From a virus, in IMG/VR virus record IMGVR_UViG_2907847951_000001, positions 2,430 to 66,429 of that record: DNA of 64,000 bases; one strand, given 5' to 3'. Under the pieces are notes generated by a model, which had not been told where the DNA came from, searched no databases, and was given only the letters and a program-made list of their open reading frames with translations. Each line of letters opens with the position of its first letter. Position 1 is the first letter of the stretch. The position numbers were made by a program, and so were the translations under genes. Shown piece by piece: positions 54,868 to 64,000 of this stretch.

Positions 54868-56162
54868 ATTCTTCTGATATTCCAGATCGCTATACCAAAG
54901 CGTTCAGCGTTAATGGCAACAAAAACCCCATCCCAACAGACTCATCAACTACAACCCTTGGGAATGGTGAAGCCACTTTTGATTCTGGTTTTCCTCCGTT
55001 AACCATGACGGCCATCAGCGCCGGCGGCATTCCTCCAGACGGGAAAGACATGAACGGCATCCTGTATTCGGTCACCATCAAGCAGCAGTGGAATGATGCC
55101 GGCATGGGATACCCGTTCAACAGCACATTTGCTGCAGCCATTTCAGGTTATCCAAAGGGTGCAATTCTGCCGTCCAGCGATTATGGCGTGCTGTGGTTGA
55201 ACCAGACCAACGCGAATACCACAAACCCTGAAGGCACAACCGGTTCATCTACCGGGTGGATCCCCGCATGGGGATGTGGCTCAGCCGCAGTCAGCATTAG
55301 CTCTGCCAATGTCACGGTCTCAAATATCTCTGCAGCAAATCCACGCCTGATTCTTTCAGGCGCGCTGACTGGTAACCGCTATCTCTACCTTCCACCATTT
55401 GTGAAGGACTGGACGATTGAGAACAACTGCACTGGCTCAAATTTTTACGTGGTAATTTCTACGACTGCCAGTGGCGGAACAACAGTCATCTCGAAGCCCG
55501 GAACGGTAATCAGTGTGCATGGTGACGGCACCAATATCACATCACTCCAGGATGTACACGGAAAGGCTATTTTCGCTTCAAATGGCACCTTCTCATTCAC
55601 CGCTCCAGCAGGCGTAACTTTAGTAAAAGCAACCGTTACTGGCGCAGGTGGCTCAGGAAGCGGCTGCCAGGCTTCGTCGGTCAATGAATCTTACAGTGGC
55701 GGTGGCGGTGGCGCTGGAGGGACGGCCATAGGATGGGTCTCTGTCGTACCCGGCGTGACTTATTCAGTTGTGGTTGGGCGTGGCGGATTGTCAGTTTCTG
55801 GTGCAACACCAGGGAATGACGGTGGCGATTCATCATTTGCTGGTCTGCTGTTTGGTCGAGGCGGAAAAGGGGCAAGTAAAGCCAGTATTACCAACTCTGC
55901 TGGCGGCGATGGCGGTTTAGCTTCAGGCGGCGACATCAACATCAAGGGCGGCACTGGTCTTGACGGACAATCAGGCATCTACATGCTGACTGGTGCCGGC
56001 GGCGCTTCTTACTGGGGCGGTGGCGGACGAAATGGCGCAGCAGGCGGTATTGCTGGAACCTCAAACGGGTCTGGCGGCGGCGGTGCTTACGACACCGGTT
56101 TCAGCAGCACTGCGTACTCATCTGGTGCAGGCGCAAACGGCATCGTCCTGATCGAATACTAA
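54864..56162 (+). CDS. Tail fiber protein with C-terminal Gly-rich domain
   Basis: GFPPLTM...GGIPP.GKDMNG.L anchor; GAGGSG...GGGGGAGG...G.V.IEY. Confidence 0.85.
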   Translation: MNSSDIPDRYTKAFSVNGNKNPIPTDSSTTTLGNGEATFDSGFPPLTMTAISAGGIPPDGKDMNGILYSVTIKQQWNDAGMGYPFNSTFAAAISGYPKGAILPSSDYGVLWLNQTNANTTNPEGTTGSSTGWIPAWGCGSAAVSISSANVTVSNISAANPRLILSGALTGNRYLYLPPFVKDWTIENNCTGSNFYVVISTTASGGTTVISKPGTVISVHGDGTNITSLQDVHGKAIFASNGTFSFTAPAGVTLVKATVTGAGGSGSGCQASSVNESYSGGGGGAGGTAIGWVSVVPGVTYSVVVGRGGLSVSGATPGNDGGDSSFAGLLFGRGGKGASKASITNSAGGDGGLASGGDINIKGGTGLDGQSGIYMLTGAGGASYWGGGGRNGAAGGIAGTSNGSGGGGAYDTGFSSTAYSSGAGANGIVLIEY

Positions 56163-56240
56163 AACCCCTTCAGATTTTCAATTTCCTCGCCATTTACGCG
56201 CGAAAAACAATTACCCATCTTATTTTATTCGGGACAAAAA

Positions 56241-59200
56241 ATGGCAAACACAGATACTGCCAATGCGAAGCAATACGCAACGCTGGCCCAGGTAGCCGCT
56301 GCCCAGGCAAAAATTTATGCCGATCAGTCTCAGGAGGCTTCAGGTTTCGCTGATGCTGCGCAGGAGTCGGCAGACCAATCAGCCACCTCTGCTGCAAGCG
56401 CGGCGGATTCGGCGGCGGCTGCATCAACATCTGCATCATCTTCAGCCATAAGCGCAGCTGACTCCGCGACTAGCGCAAACGCAGCGTCCACGTCAGCCCT
56501 TACTGCGGCTGAGTTTGGCGATAATAAACTTACTTTTGCGGATACTGCAACCGGCATAGCTGGCACAATAAACGGTCAATATTTCCGTGTTCCTCAGGGT
56601 GTTGGTAATGTTCTTGCATTTCGTTATTACAAAAACAACGCAGGCGTAGCGCAAGAGGTTGCTGAATACCCAGGGCAGGGGTCAATCACAAATAGCATCA
56701 GACAATATGCAACATTAACTGCGGCTCAAAATGATGTTTCAGCTGGTAACATCTTAAATGGCGGGTATTGCTGGGTGCGAAAATCAGGAAATTCTACGAT
56801 TTCAGATGAGTACCTGAATACGTCTGGGACGCTGGTTGCAACAGGGAGACAAATACTGACTCAGTCAGCATTTTCGTATTCTCGGTTGTCAAATATGTAC
56901 GATGACGGTGGCTTCAGAGCAGGCGTGCCACCCAAAATGAAAAATGCCACATCAACATATGTCACAGGTAAACTGGTAACCATGCCAGATACATACCTAA
57001 TTGGCATAGGTTGCAAGTACGGCGTTAGACTTCCTGATGGTGATACATATACCAGCGTTCTGGCCTCTCCGGTAAAAATCCCTGAGCCGCTGTATGGTAA
57101 ATACGTGCTGATGTCAGCGCTTGTTTATGCTGCTGATGGCAACTTTGGGTCTGATTCAACGTGCTCATATCTGGCAGATGCTGGTCTGAACAACATCACC
57201 AGCCCAACTGTGCCATATGTCAATTATCGCCGTGATGTTTCCTCTACGGTTCGTTGCTATGCCACTCTGGCATTTGTTCCTGCTGATGGCAGTGCACGCT
57301 ATCTCCACATAGGCAAGGGAGGTCTTGGAGCACCTTCAGATGCACGGCTCATTACCGGCCTGTGCTATGTGTTTAGCGAATCGGTAATGAATCTGGACAG
57401 CATTAAATGGGACGCGCCATACCCGGCCAGTGACTTTGCAATCAACCATCGCGAACTGGATAAAAAGTTTAATTATCACGGCAACATCATCCCGTTCGGC
57501 GATATGGATGGTGGGGCATTTAACCCGCTTATTCGTTCCGGCTCATCCGTAGTTGCTCTCACCACGCAGCAGTCGCTTATTGAGCGCGGGTATAAAAACG
57601 CCCTACAAGCCCGTACCGGCGGAACAGAGTTTATTCGCAGCACCGGCAATGCAGACCTGCGCGGGAAAACTGTTTGCGGTTATTTTCTTATTTATGCCGA
57701 AACTCAGAGTGATGTTGATAACCTTGATTACGCTAACATTTTCCAGAGCAATGATGGCTCGCTGGTACAAATTACCTACAGCAACGATATCGGTAAGAAA
57801 AAAGTCGGCGATTACCTGTGGCTATTGTGGGCGAAAGGCACCGTTAACGCGTATACCAACCCTGTTACCGAGCTTTGCCTGGGCTGGGCGACAGCGCCTG
57901 TCACCGCGAACCGGTTTGCCACCGGCTTTTATCTTTCCGTCGGAGCAACGGACTACGATATTCAGCCGCTGCTCTGGCGCCTGACAGAGCGCAACGTTGC
58001 CAAGCGCGTAGTCAACGATCTGGACACGTTGAACCAGGTGCGCTTCACAAACCAGGATGCGCTGCAGTTTAATTTCGAGCGCAACCTGCTGACGTATGGC
58101 GACATGGATGGAGGGAGCCTTAACCCTCCTGTTCGTGGTGGGTCGGCTGTTGTTTCCCTGACCACTCAGCAGTCACTGCTGGATCGCGGATATACCAGGG
58201 CAATTAAGTGGCGCACCGACGGGTCAGCGACGGAGTTTGTTGGCTATACCAGTACTACTGATCTGCGTGGGAAATACGTTGGTGCCTATTTCCTGATTTA
58301 TGCAGAGAATCCCGCTGACGTAGCGGGTATCGCCCGAGCGCAGATATTCCAGGTTAATGGCGCATCTCTGGTTGAGATCACCTATACCACTGAGCGCGGT
58401 ATCAAAACCGTAGGGCCGAACTTGTATCTTGTGTGGCAGGCAGGACAGGTTAGCACCTATACCTCACCCGTTTACACTCTGTGGGTGGGGTCAGGAGTCG
58501 CACCTGCTACGTCTGAGCGCTATGCGACGGCCTTCTTCCTGATGGCGGCAGATACCGCAATAACAATGGACCCTGTGCTGCGTCGTCTGACGGAACGCAA
58601 TATGGCAAAGCTCGTAAACGAGCAATACACCAGTGCATCTGCAGAGTTCATCAGCGAGAAAATCACCGTCAAAAACAGCAGTAAAATTGTCATTCTGGGT
58701 GATAGTTACACGGAGTCAATGCACGCTCTGAAAGACAAGAGCTATGCGGCGATGGTCTCCATGCTGACCGACTGGCGAATAGAGCCGTATGGCGTTTCCG
58801 GAAATGACTGTGTGATGATGAACCAGCGCATCATCAGCAACAGCCCGACATTTGGGTGGGGTATTCGCGATATGGGAGCGTCTCATGTTGTGATTATCAG
58901 TCAGACAAATGATGCGGCAAAACGCAGCATCTCCTACCGGTACTGGCAGGATGACATGCAGCGGGTCATTCAGTCGGTCAGGGCTCTTGGCGCGAAGCCT
59001 ATTTTCAGCACTGAGCATCCGCAAATTGATAACTGGGCGTATGCGCAGACCCGTCAGGTTGCCGAGAAATTTGGCGCTGAATTCTGGGATATTACTACTG
59101 AAGCTCGAAACTTCGAGTTCAATAGCGATGGACGTTTATGGGTAGGCTCTCACCCAGGGACCAGAACGAACACACAACTGTGGTCAGGTATGCTGAAGGG

Positions 59201-60536
59201 CGTTAACGGAATGCCGCGACCCAGAAGCGGGCTTAAAATCTTCCGTGTCCGTCCTGGGTATACCGTCGGTACCGTTGCCGATCTGGTCTATGACGATGTA
59301 ACTGACCGCGCGCAACGATTTAAAGAAATAACGCTGGGGCATACCGCCATTCCGACGGCAGACCAGAGTTATTTCGATAATCTGAGCGTGTATAACGCGA
59401 TCAACACTACCCGTACCCGCTATAACTCTGAGTATGGGCAACTTGCGCAGGGCACGGCGCTGGCATTCACAAATTATGCACTGGTGGAAGCCATTCTTCC
59501 GTCGTCTGCTGATGGGGTGCAGTCTGTACGCCTGGTCACTGCGGGTAGCGCTGTAACTGTGTACGCCTTAAACCGCCTGACACAGCCAGCGTTCACCACG
59601 GCTATCTATAAGGCATTCACGGGAGTTACGGCAACGCCAGCTGTTGGTGATGTTTACAGTGATGGGACCACCTCATTTACTGTTGTTGGGCAGTATCAGG
59701 ATAAATTGATTTGCAATCCGAATGCAGCCACAGCAAGCAGCGGGACGCTAACGAAAGTCAGTGGTTCCGGGCCATCATCCATTACCTATACAGGCGCAGA
59801 GCAGGGCTTCGACCCGGCGTATTACACGCACTACGCGGATAAAAAAGGAACCTGGGAAGCTGTAACTGGTGCGATCACGTCACCAAATATCGTGAAGTAC
59901 ATGCAGGGGGACAAAATATCGTTCCTGATCGCCGCATCAGGTAGCTTTAGCCTGTCAGATATTCATGTTGAATATACAGGCCGTGACAGCAAAAGCCTGG
60001 ATAACTGGCAGCCGGTGGAGCGCCGGGCGAGGGGAGCGGAGCTTCTTGCTCAGGGAAAATTTGGTGATGATGAAATCTCCGGATGGACCCGGATCGGAAG
60101 CGTACCTCGCTATGCCCCATCAGGTGGAAATCCGCCGGCAGGATGCACAAAGGTGGTGGTCGTTGACGACACCAATTATATCACCCAGGACTTTACGGCA
60201 CCGACTGAAGCAGATGCCGTGGAGCTGGAGATTAAGGTTTGGTGCCGTCGATGGGTATCGCTATTTGATTCATCAACAGATTTTTCTACTTCAACCATTA
60301 CCCCTGACTCATATGACCTGTCAAAGCTTCGCGTTCTGATAGGTCAGCAAGCCACTGGTAAAGAAGTGGTTGCCACTGAATTCTCTTCGTCTGCAGCCCT
60401 GGGATGGAGAGAGATAAAATTCAGATACTGGCATACCGGTAACAATGCATCTCCGACCAAAAACCTGCGGCTGACCGTAATGGGTGAGGCAGGGAAACAG
60501 ACCGAAGTCGCATTTGTTTCCATCAGGGAGGTTTAA
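56241..60536 (+). CDS. Tailspike/receptor-binding protein with tandem repeats and SGNH esterase domain
   Basis: Ala/Ser stalk, GQYFRVPQG anchor, ILGDSYT/GVSG/TND/SHP SGNH blocks. Confidence 0.85.
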   Translation: MANTDTANAKQYATLAQVAAAQAKIYADQSQEASGFADAAQESADQSATSAASAADSAAAASTSASSSAISAADSATSANAASTSALTAAEFGDNKLTFADTATGIAGTINGQYFRVPQGVGNVLAFRYYKNNAGVAQEVAEYPGQGSITNSIRQYATLTAAQNDVSAGNILNGGYCWVRKSGNSTISDEYLNTSGTLVATGRQILTQSAFSYSRLSNMYDDGGFRAGVPPKMKNATSTYVTGKLVTMPDTYLIGIGCKYGVRLPDGDTYTSVLASPVKIPEPLYGKYVLMSALVYAADGNFGSDSTCSYLADAGLNNITSPTVPYVNYRRDVSSTVRCYATLAFVPADGSARYLHIGKGGLGAPSDARLITGLCYVFSESVMNLDSIKWDAPYPASDFAINHRELDKKFNYHGNIIPFGDMDGGAFNPLIRSGSSVVALTTQQSLIERGYKNALQARTGGTEFIRSTGNADLRGKTVCGYFLIYAETQSDVDNLDYANIFQSNDGSLVQITYSNDIGKKKVGDYLWLLWAKGTVNAYTNPVTELCLGWATAPVTANRFATGFYLSVGATDYDIQPLLWRLTERNVAKRVVNDLDTLNQVRFTNQDALQFNFERNLLTYGDMDGGSLNPPVRGGSAVVSLTTQQSLLDRGYTRAIKWRTDGSATEFVGYTSTTDLRGKYVGAYFLIYAENPADVAGIARAQIFQVNGASLVEITYTTERGIKTVGPNLYLVWQAGQVSTYTSPVYTLWVGSGVAPATSERYATAFFLMAADTAITMDPVLRRLTERNMAKLVNEQYTSASAEFISEKITVKNSSKIVILGDSYTESMHALKDKSYAAMVSMLTDWRIEPYGVSGNDCVMMNQRIISNSPTFGWGIRDMGASHVVIISQTNDAAKRSISYRYWQDDMQRVIQSVRALGAKPIFSTEHPQIDNWAYAQTRQVAEKFGAEFWDITTEARNFEFNSDGRLWVGSHPGTRTNTQLWSGMLKGVNGMPRPRSGLKIFRVRPGYTVGTVADLVYDDVTDRAQRFKEITLGHTAIPTADQSYFDNLSVYNAINTTRTRYNSEYGQLAQGTALAFTNYALVEAILPSSADGVQSVRLVTAGSAVTVYALNRLTQPAFTTAIYKAFTGVTATPAVGDVYSDGTTSFTVVGQYQDKLICNPNAATASSGTLTKVSGSGPSSITYTGAEQGFDPAYYTHYADKKGTWEAVTGAITSPNIVKYMQGDKISFLIAASGSFSLSDIHVEYTGRDSKSLDNWQPVERRARGAELLAQGKFGDDEISGWTRIGSVPRYAPSGGNPPAGCTKVVVVDDTNYITQDFTAPTEADAVELEIKVWCRRWVSLFDSSTDFSTSTITPDSYDLSKLRVLIGQQATGKEVVATEFSSSAALGWREIKFRYWHTGNNASPTKNLRLTVMGEAGKQTEVAFVSIREV

Positions 60537-60612
60537 TGCCGTGCCACGGACGGCAACCCAATTGCAAACAGGACATTACGGCTGTCATGAATATTGATAG
60601 CCGTAACCTCTA

Positions 60613-60655
60613 TTGACCCCCCCATCGATAAAAACTACTGTATATAATAACAGTA
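60613..60655 (+). promoter_or_regulatory. SOS promoter with LexA box
   Basis: TTGACC-17-TACTGT; TACTGTATATAATAACAGTA = CTG-N10-CAG. Confidence 0.85.
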
Positions 60656-60672
60656 TCAATCGGAGGCAGAAC

Positions 60673-60912
60673 ATGCACCGTCAGTCAGACATCAACCAGG
60701 CATTCCGCGAGTCGGTATTGCGTAACCCCAAAGGCTACCAGTATCTGCATACAAAGGATTTTGTGTCAGCGCTGCGCCGGCGCGGGCTGCACTTTACCGA
60801 CTCTGAGGCCAATGCATGGATATCGAGAGAGCAAAGCTATTTTGTCGACAAAACGCCAGACCATAGCGAAAACCGTTTGTGGATGATGGCGAACATGGGG
60901 AGGATTATCTGA
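60673..60912 (+). CDS. LexA-controlled small protein
   Basis: GGAGG RBS right after the SOS box; 79 aa. Confidence 0.75.
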   Translation: MHRQSDINQAFRESVLRNPKGYQYLHTKDFVSALRRRGLHFTDSEANAWISREQSYFVDKTPDHSENRLWMMANMGRII

Positions 60913-61229
60913 TGGGATTCCCTTCACCCGCGACAGATTACGTCGAACAGCGCCTTTCTGTTAACTTGATATGCAACGTTGGGCCAAACACATTGTTGTT
61001 TGAAACAAGTGGTGGTTATGCAGTGGTTGATGTCTCTCTGAAACCTAAGCAGGGATGCCAGGTGATGGTTAGCTATGAAGGACACAATCAGATAGCGAAG
61101 CTTATGGGGAAATCTTTAATCACGGAGGATGGAGAGGCGATCGAGGGGGAGGCTCTGGATGATGTCACCGTTGCCGGTGTGGTGACGCACATTATCGTGG
61201 ATGTGAGAAGTGACAGTGTAGCGGTGTGA
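60912..61229 (+). CDS. UmuD'-like (HumD-type) protein
   Basis: Begins MGFPSPATDYVE, i.e. at the UmuD cleavage product; VVD.S and GVVT motifs; no GDSM. Confidence 0.75.
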   Translation: MGFPSPATDYVEQRLSVNLICNVGPNTLLFETSGGYAVVDVSLKPKQGCQVMVSYEGHNQIAKLMGKSLITEDGEAIEGEALDDVTVAGVVTHIIVDVRSDSVAV

Positions 61230-61376
61230 TCCCGAAGCTTCCTCGTCGAGCACTCGAAAAGGTTAGCAACGGTTTGATCTTTAATGGATGCAATGGTAAG
61301 CGTTGGAAGCCATAAAATGGGCTATTTTGGTGCTTAAATCATTGATGTAAAACGGAAAGTATAAGTTATGCCGTAA

Positions 61377-61405
61377 ACAGGAATCGTATTCGGTCTCTTT
61401 TTATC
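61377..61405 (+). repeat. attR core = displaced 3' end of SdsR (RyeB) sRNA
   Basis: ACAGGAATCGTATTCGGTCTCTTTTT matches the recalled SdsR 3' end but lacks the 5' stem arm; IHF-like site at ~61335-61347; near pphA as in E. coli. Confidence 0.85.
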
Positions 61406-61786
61406 GGTAACCTTCTGCTTTCGCAATAGCCAGCGACATCATGTCAGTCAAACCCCAGGCTGGCCTCTGGATGTCCCGTTATAGCACACCGTTTTTAGCA
61501 TACACAATCCATTTACACACAAATCGCATCCTGAGGAAGGGTTGCGTCGGGAAGGAGAGATCTGAAGTTGGGGTGGAAAGAGAAAAGAAAAAACCTGCAC
61601 CTAACCAGGCCCGGCGTGCAGGTTAACTGGCGGGCCAACATCGGAAGGCTGCTAGTATACACATTTGTATGACAAATAAAATAAGCAAAGTCTAATAGGT
61701 TTGGCAATTCATGCGATTAGCTATCAATGAACGACCGTATCGCTAAAAATAATAAGCGAATGCGCCGCTATTTACAGCGGCTAAAA

Positions 61787-61933
61787 TTATTCAGGGACGC
61801 TAAAGGTGGGATATATTTTACTTTCGAGATAGCAGAGCAAAAGCCAAATTTCATCACTAAAAACAAACCATACGCAGCCCAGCAGAATGACCGCAAGAAT
61901 AATCAGCAGGAAAATTTCGGTTTTACTCATCAT
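61787..61933 (-). CDS. Small host membrane protein
   Basis: MMSKTEIFLLIILAVILLGCVWFVF hydrophobic segment. Confidence 0.5.
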   Translation of the reverse strand: MMSKTEIFLLIILAVILLGCVWFVFSDEIWLLLCYLESKIYPTFSVPE

Positions 61934-62033
61934 GCCAACCACTATCCAATGGCGCCAGGGGCCATGATAGTAGCGAAATAACGACCGAATAAGCAAACGC
62001 CGCGTGTCAGCGCGGCGCTATCCGCAGCGACAT

Positions 62034-63002
62034 TTACGCACCATGGCGCGGTTGCGTCAGGATGTCCACCTGCTCAGCCAGCTGATCCAGCAGCTGGAAC
62101 CGACGCCGGTATTCGGCCCGTTTTTTGCTGGCGATACTCTCCAGTGATTTTCGTTCCAGACGCTGCGGCAGCCGCCAGCGCCATGCGCTTTCCGGCTTAC
62201 CATCGATGGACTGCCAGAACTCGTCGTAGCTGGCGTGGAAATGGCGGCCCTTGCTCAGACGATAGCGCAGGGCACGGAACACATGGCCGTTATCGCTGAC
62301 GCCATAAATCGACTCGATAGCGCTGCGAGCGGCCAGTAGCCAAATGAACTCCAGCAGCAGGCGCTTCGGGAACAGGCCGAAGCAGGCGCGAGTGGCCTGC
62401 TTAATCACCTCATGGGAAACGTGGCGCCGTGGCCCCTGCAGGCCGCCGATGACCAGTTGCCAGGCTTCACCGTCCCAGGTCACGCTAAAGGTTGCGCTGG
62501 CCAACAGGGTGTGATCGCCGTCGCGTAGCCATAATGTGGTTTCGCCCTCGCGCTCAGCCTTCCCGGCTGAGGAGGCGGAGAGAGTGAACGGGCTGTCGTC
62601 TTTTCCGTTCAGCGTCAGCAGCGGGACCTCGCTCACCGCGGTCATGGCATGCGCCAGCAGCGACCCCTGCAGGGTATCGATGTAGCGATAATGACTTATC
62701 ACCGCCATCGCCCGCTGCCAGGCGTTAAGATCGCGCGTCAGGTACTGACGGTGCACTTTCCCCGGCAAGGTCGCCTGCGCGGTCAGAAGCTGATTAAAAT
62801 CATCACGGGCGCTAAGCGACTCAAGCATTGCTTTGGTGGGGCTATAAAATAACGCCGTACGCAGCAGAAATTTAAGGCGAAAGTTTTTCTGCCGCCAGAT
62901 AGGTGCAGGTATTAGTCTGCCCATCACCAGATCGGCAATAAGATGCGAGCGCGGCGCAAGCACGCTGGTTGAATGCAGGCTATTGTCTGTCACGATAAAC
63001 AC
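62034..63002 (-). CDS. VirK/YbjX (DUF535) family protein
   Basis: REGE, IGGLQG, ATRACFGLFPKRLL, YDEFW, IASKKRAEYRRR motifs. Confidence 0.88.
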   Translation of the reverse strand: MFIVTDNSLHSTSVLAPRSHLIADLVMGRLIPAPIWRQKNFRLKFLLRTALFYSPTKAMLESLSARDDFNQLLTAQATLPGKVHRQYLTRDLNAWQRAMAVISHYRYIDTLQGSLLAHAMTAVSEVPLLTLNGKDDSPFTLSASSAGKAEREGETTLWLRDGDHTLLASATFSVTWDGEAWQLVIGGLQGPRRHVSHEVIKQATRACFGLFPKRLLLEFIWLLAARSAIESIYGVSDNGHVFRALRYRLSKGRHFHASYDEFWQSIDGKPESAWRWRLPQRLERKSLESIASKKRAEYRRRFQLLDQLAEQVDILTQPRHGA

Positions 63003-63158
63003 CTCGTTGTTATTTCCTCCTATTTTAAAGCGAGCTTCTGATAAGCTTAATCCTCTGGCCGACTATATTTCCCGTTTGTTTAAAATCGATTGAGGTGTAA
63101 ATAAAAATCACCGGGGATTCGGCGCAATTACCTATAATTACAGCAGAGAGGTAATTAT

Positions 63159-63812
63159 ATGTATCAACGTATTAATGGTAGCGACTGGCGTAATATCTGG
63201 CTGATGGGCGATCTGCATGGTTGCTTTGCGCTACTGATGGGCCGCCTGCGTCAGCTGCGCTTTGATCCCTGGGCCGATCTGCTCATTTCCGTGGGCGATC
63301 TGATCGATCGCGGACCGCAGAGCGCTGACTGCCTCGGCCTGCTGCGCTGCCGCTGGTTCAGGGCCGTTCGGGGGAATCATGAACAGATGGCGCTGGAGGC
63401 GCTGGAGAGCGGGGATATGGCACTCTGGCAGATGAATGGCGGCGACTGGTATGGCCGGGGCACCGCGCAGCAGCGCGCCGAGGCCGACCGGCTGTTAGCG
63501 CGTTGTCAGCGGCTACCGTTGATTATTGAAGTTGGGTGTGCAGATGCCCGGCATGTGATCGCCCATGCCGATTATCCGGCGCCAGTCTATCGCTGGCAGC
63601 AGCCGGTGGATCCCCAGCGGGTGTTATGGAGCCGTCATCGCCTGAGCGAACATCTGGCGGGACGTCATGGCGCCATCGCCGGAGCAGACCATTTCTGGTT
63701 TGGCCATACGCCGCTTCGCACGCCTTATGAACGCGATAATCAACACTATATTGATACGGGCGCCGTGTTTGGCGGAACGCTGACGCTGGTGGCGCTACAA
63801 TCGGCAGGTTAA
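63159..63812 (+). CDS. pphA: Serine/threonine protein phosphatase 1
   Basis: GDLHG, VGDLIDRG, RGNHE, FGHTP motifs; synteny with yebW. Confidence 0.92.
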   Translation: MYQRINGSDWRNIWLMGDLHGCFALLMGRLRQLRFDPWADLLISVGDLIDRGPQSADCLGLLRCRWFRAVRGNHEQMALEALESGDMALWQMNGGDWYGRGTAQQRAEADRLLARCQRLPLIIEVGCADARHVIAHADYPAPVYRWQQPVDPQRVLWSRHRLSEHLAGRHGAIAGADHFWFGHTPLRTPYERDNQHYIDTGAVFGGTLTLVALQSAG

Positions 63813-64000
63813 AAATCGCTGTATTCGCTGGCGGGTTGCCAGAAGCCATCAATAAAATCTTCTATCGGATAGCAGCCGCCGTGGCGGATCCGCTGATCCT
63901 CCATCGCCACTAAGCACTGCGTTTCCTCGCGGTAGACGTCAACCACAATGTCCTCGCAGCCGCCATCCAGATAGCAAATAAACAACACCAAGGCAAACAT
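63809..64000 (-). CDS. yebW: YebW (DUF1482) family protein
   Basis: MFALVLFICYLDGGCEDIVVDVY...QRIRHGGC. Confidence 0.88.
   Translation of the reverse strand: MFALVLFICYLDGGCEDIVVDVYREETQCLVAMEDQRIRHGGCYPIEDFIDGFWQPASEYSDF

Larger units (their letters stand above)
1..61405. mobile_element. Lambdoid temperate prophage with contractile tail (left end and integrase outside window)
   Basis: Ordered lambdoid modules: recombination, immunity, replication, nin, Q, lysis, head, sheath/baseplate, tailspike; ends at an SdsR 3'-end duplicate followed by GC-rich host genes. Confidence 0.96.

Noticed and set aside
57480-58620. Tailspike repeats as DGR template/variable repeats or a shufflon
   Set aside because: In-frame protein domain duplication with divergence at all bases; no reverse transcriptase or invertase in the window

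Overview
Positions 1 to about 61,405 are a lambdoid-type temperate prophage with a contractile (myovirus-type) tail. It is integrated at the 3' end of the SdsR/RyeB sRNA in an enterobacterial host, most likely Klebsiella, with virK-like, pphA and yebW genes at the right flank. The integrase and attL lie left of the window. Gene order: leftward ea/recombination operon (Eac-like, Pol III theta/Hot homolog, DUF551, Ead/Ea22-like, orphan MTase, exonuclease, RecT, kil, cIII, N); immunity region (cI, cro, cII, operators, nut sites); replication (O-like with iterons, DnaB helicase); nin region; Q; a ~1.1 kb structured non-coding late leader; lysis cassette (GH19 endolysin, two holin-like genes, Rz/Rz1); morons (Rha, MqsA-like zinc domain, secreted endonuclease); terminase, head and tail genes; a P22-like immI cassette (mnt-arc-sar-ant) inside the baseplate genes; an SGNH-esterase tailspike; and a LexA-boxed two-gene operon. 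The most unusual signals are: (1) a translationally coupled three-enzyme glycosylation cassette (Maf/CstII-like, GT9 heptosyltransferase-like, SAM methyltransferase) inside the baseplate operon, a candidate virion-glycosylation system; (2) a diverged copy of the phage's own MuF/gp7 head-protein domain downstream of mnt, in the position P22 uses for sieA, a candidate decoy or exclusion factor; (3) a tandem array of tRNA-like RNAs lacking normal anticodon arms between Q and the holin; (4) two inverted, colinear gene arrays (ea and nin regions) sharing seven ordered homology blocks with different cargo between them; (5) a covarying RNA leader in front of both Rha genes; and (6) an apparently non-cleavable CI. 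All assignments come from manual reading and motif recall; no database search was run.
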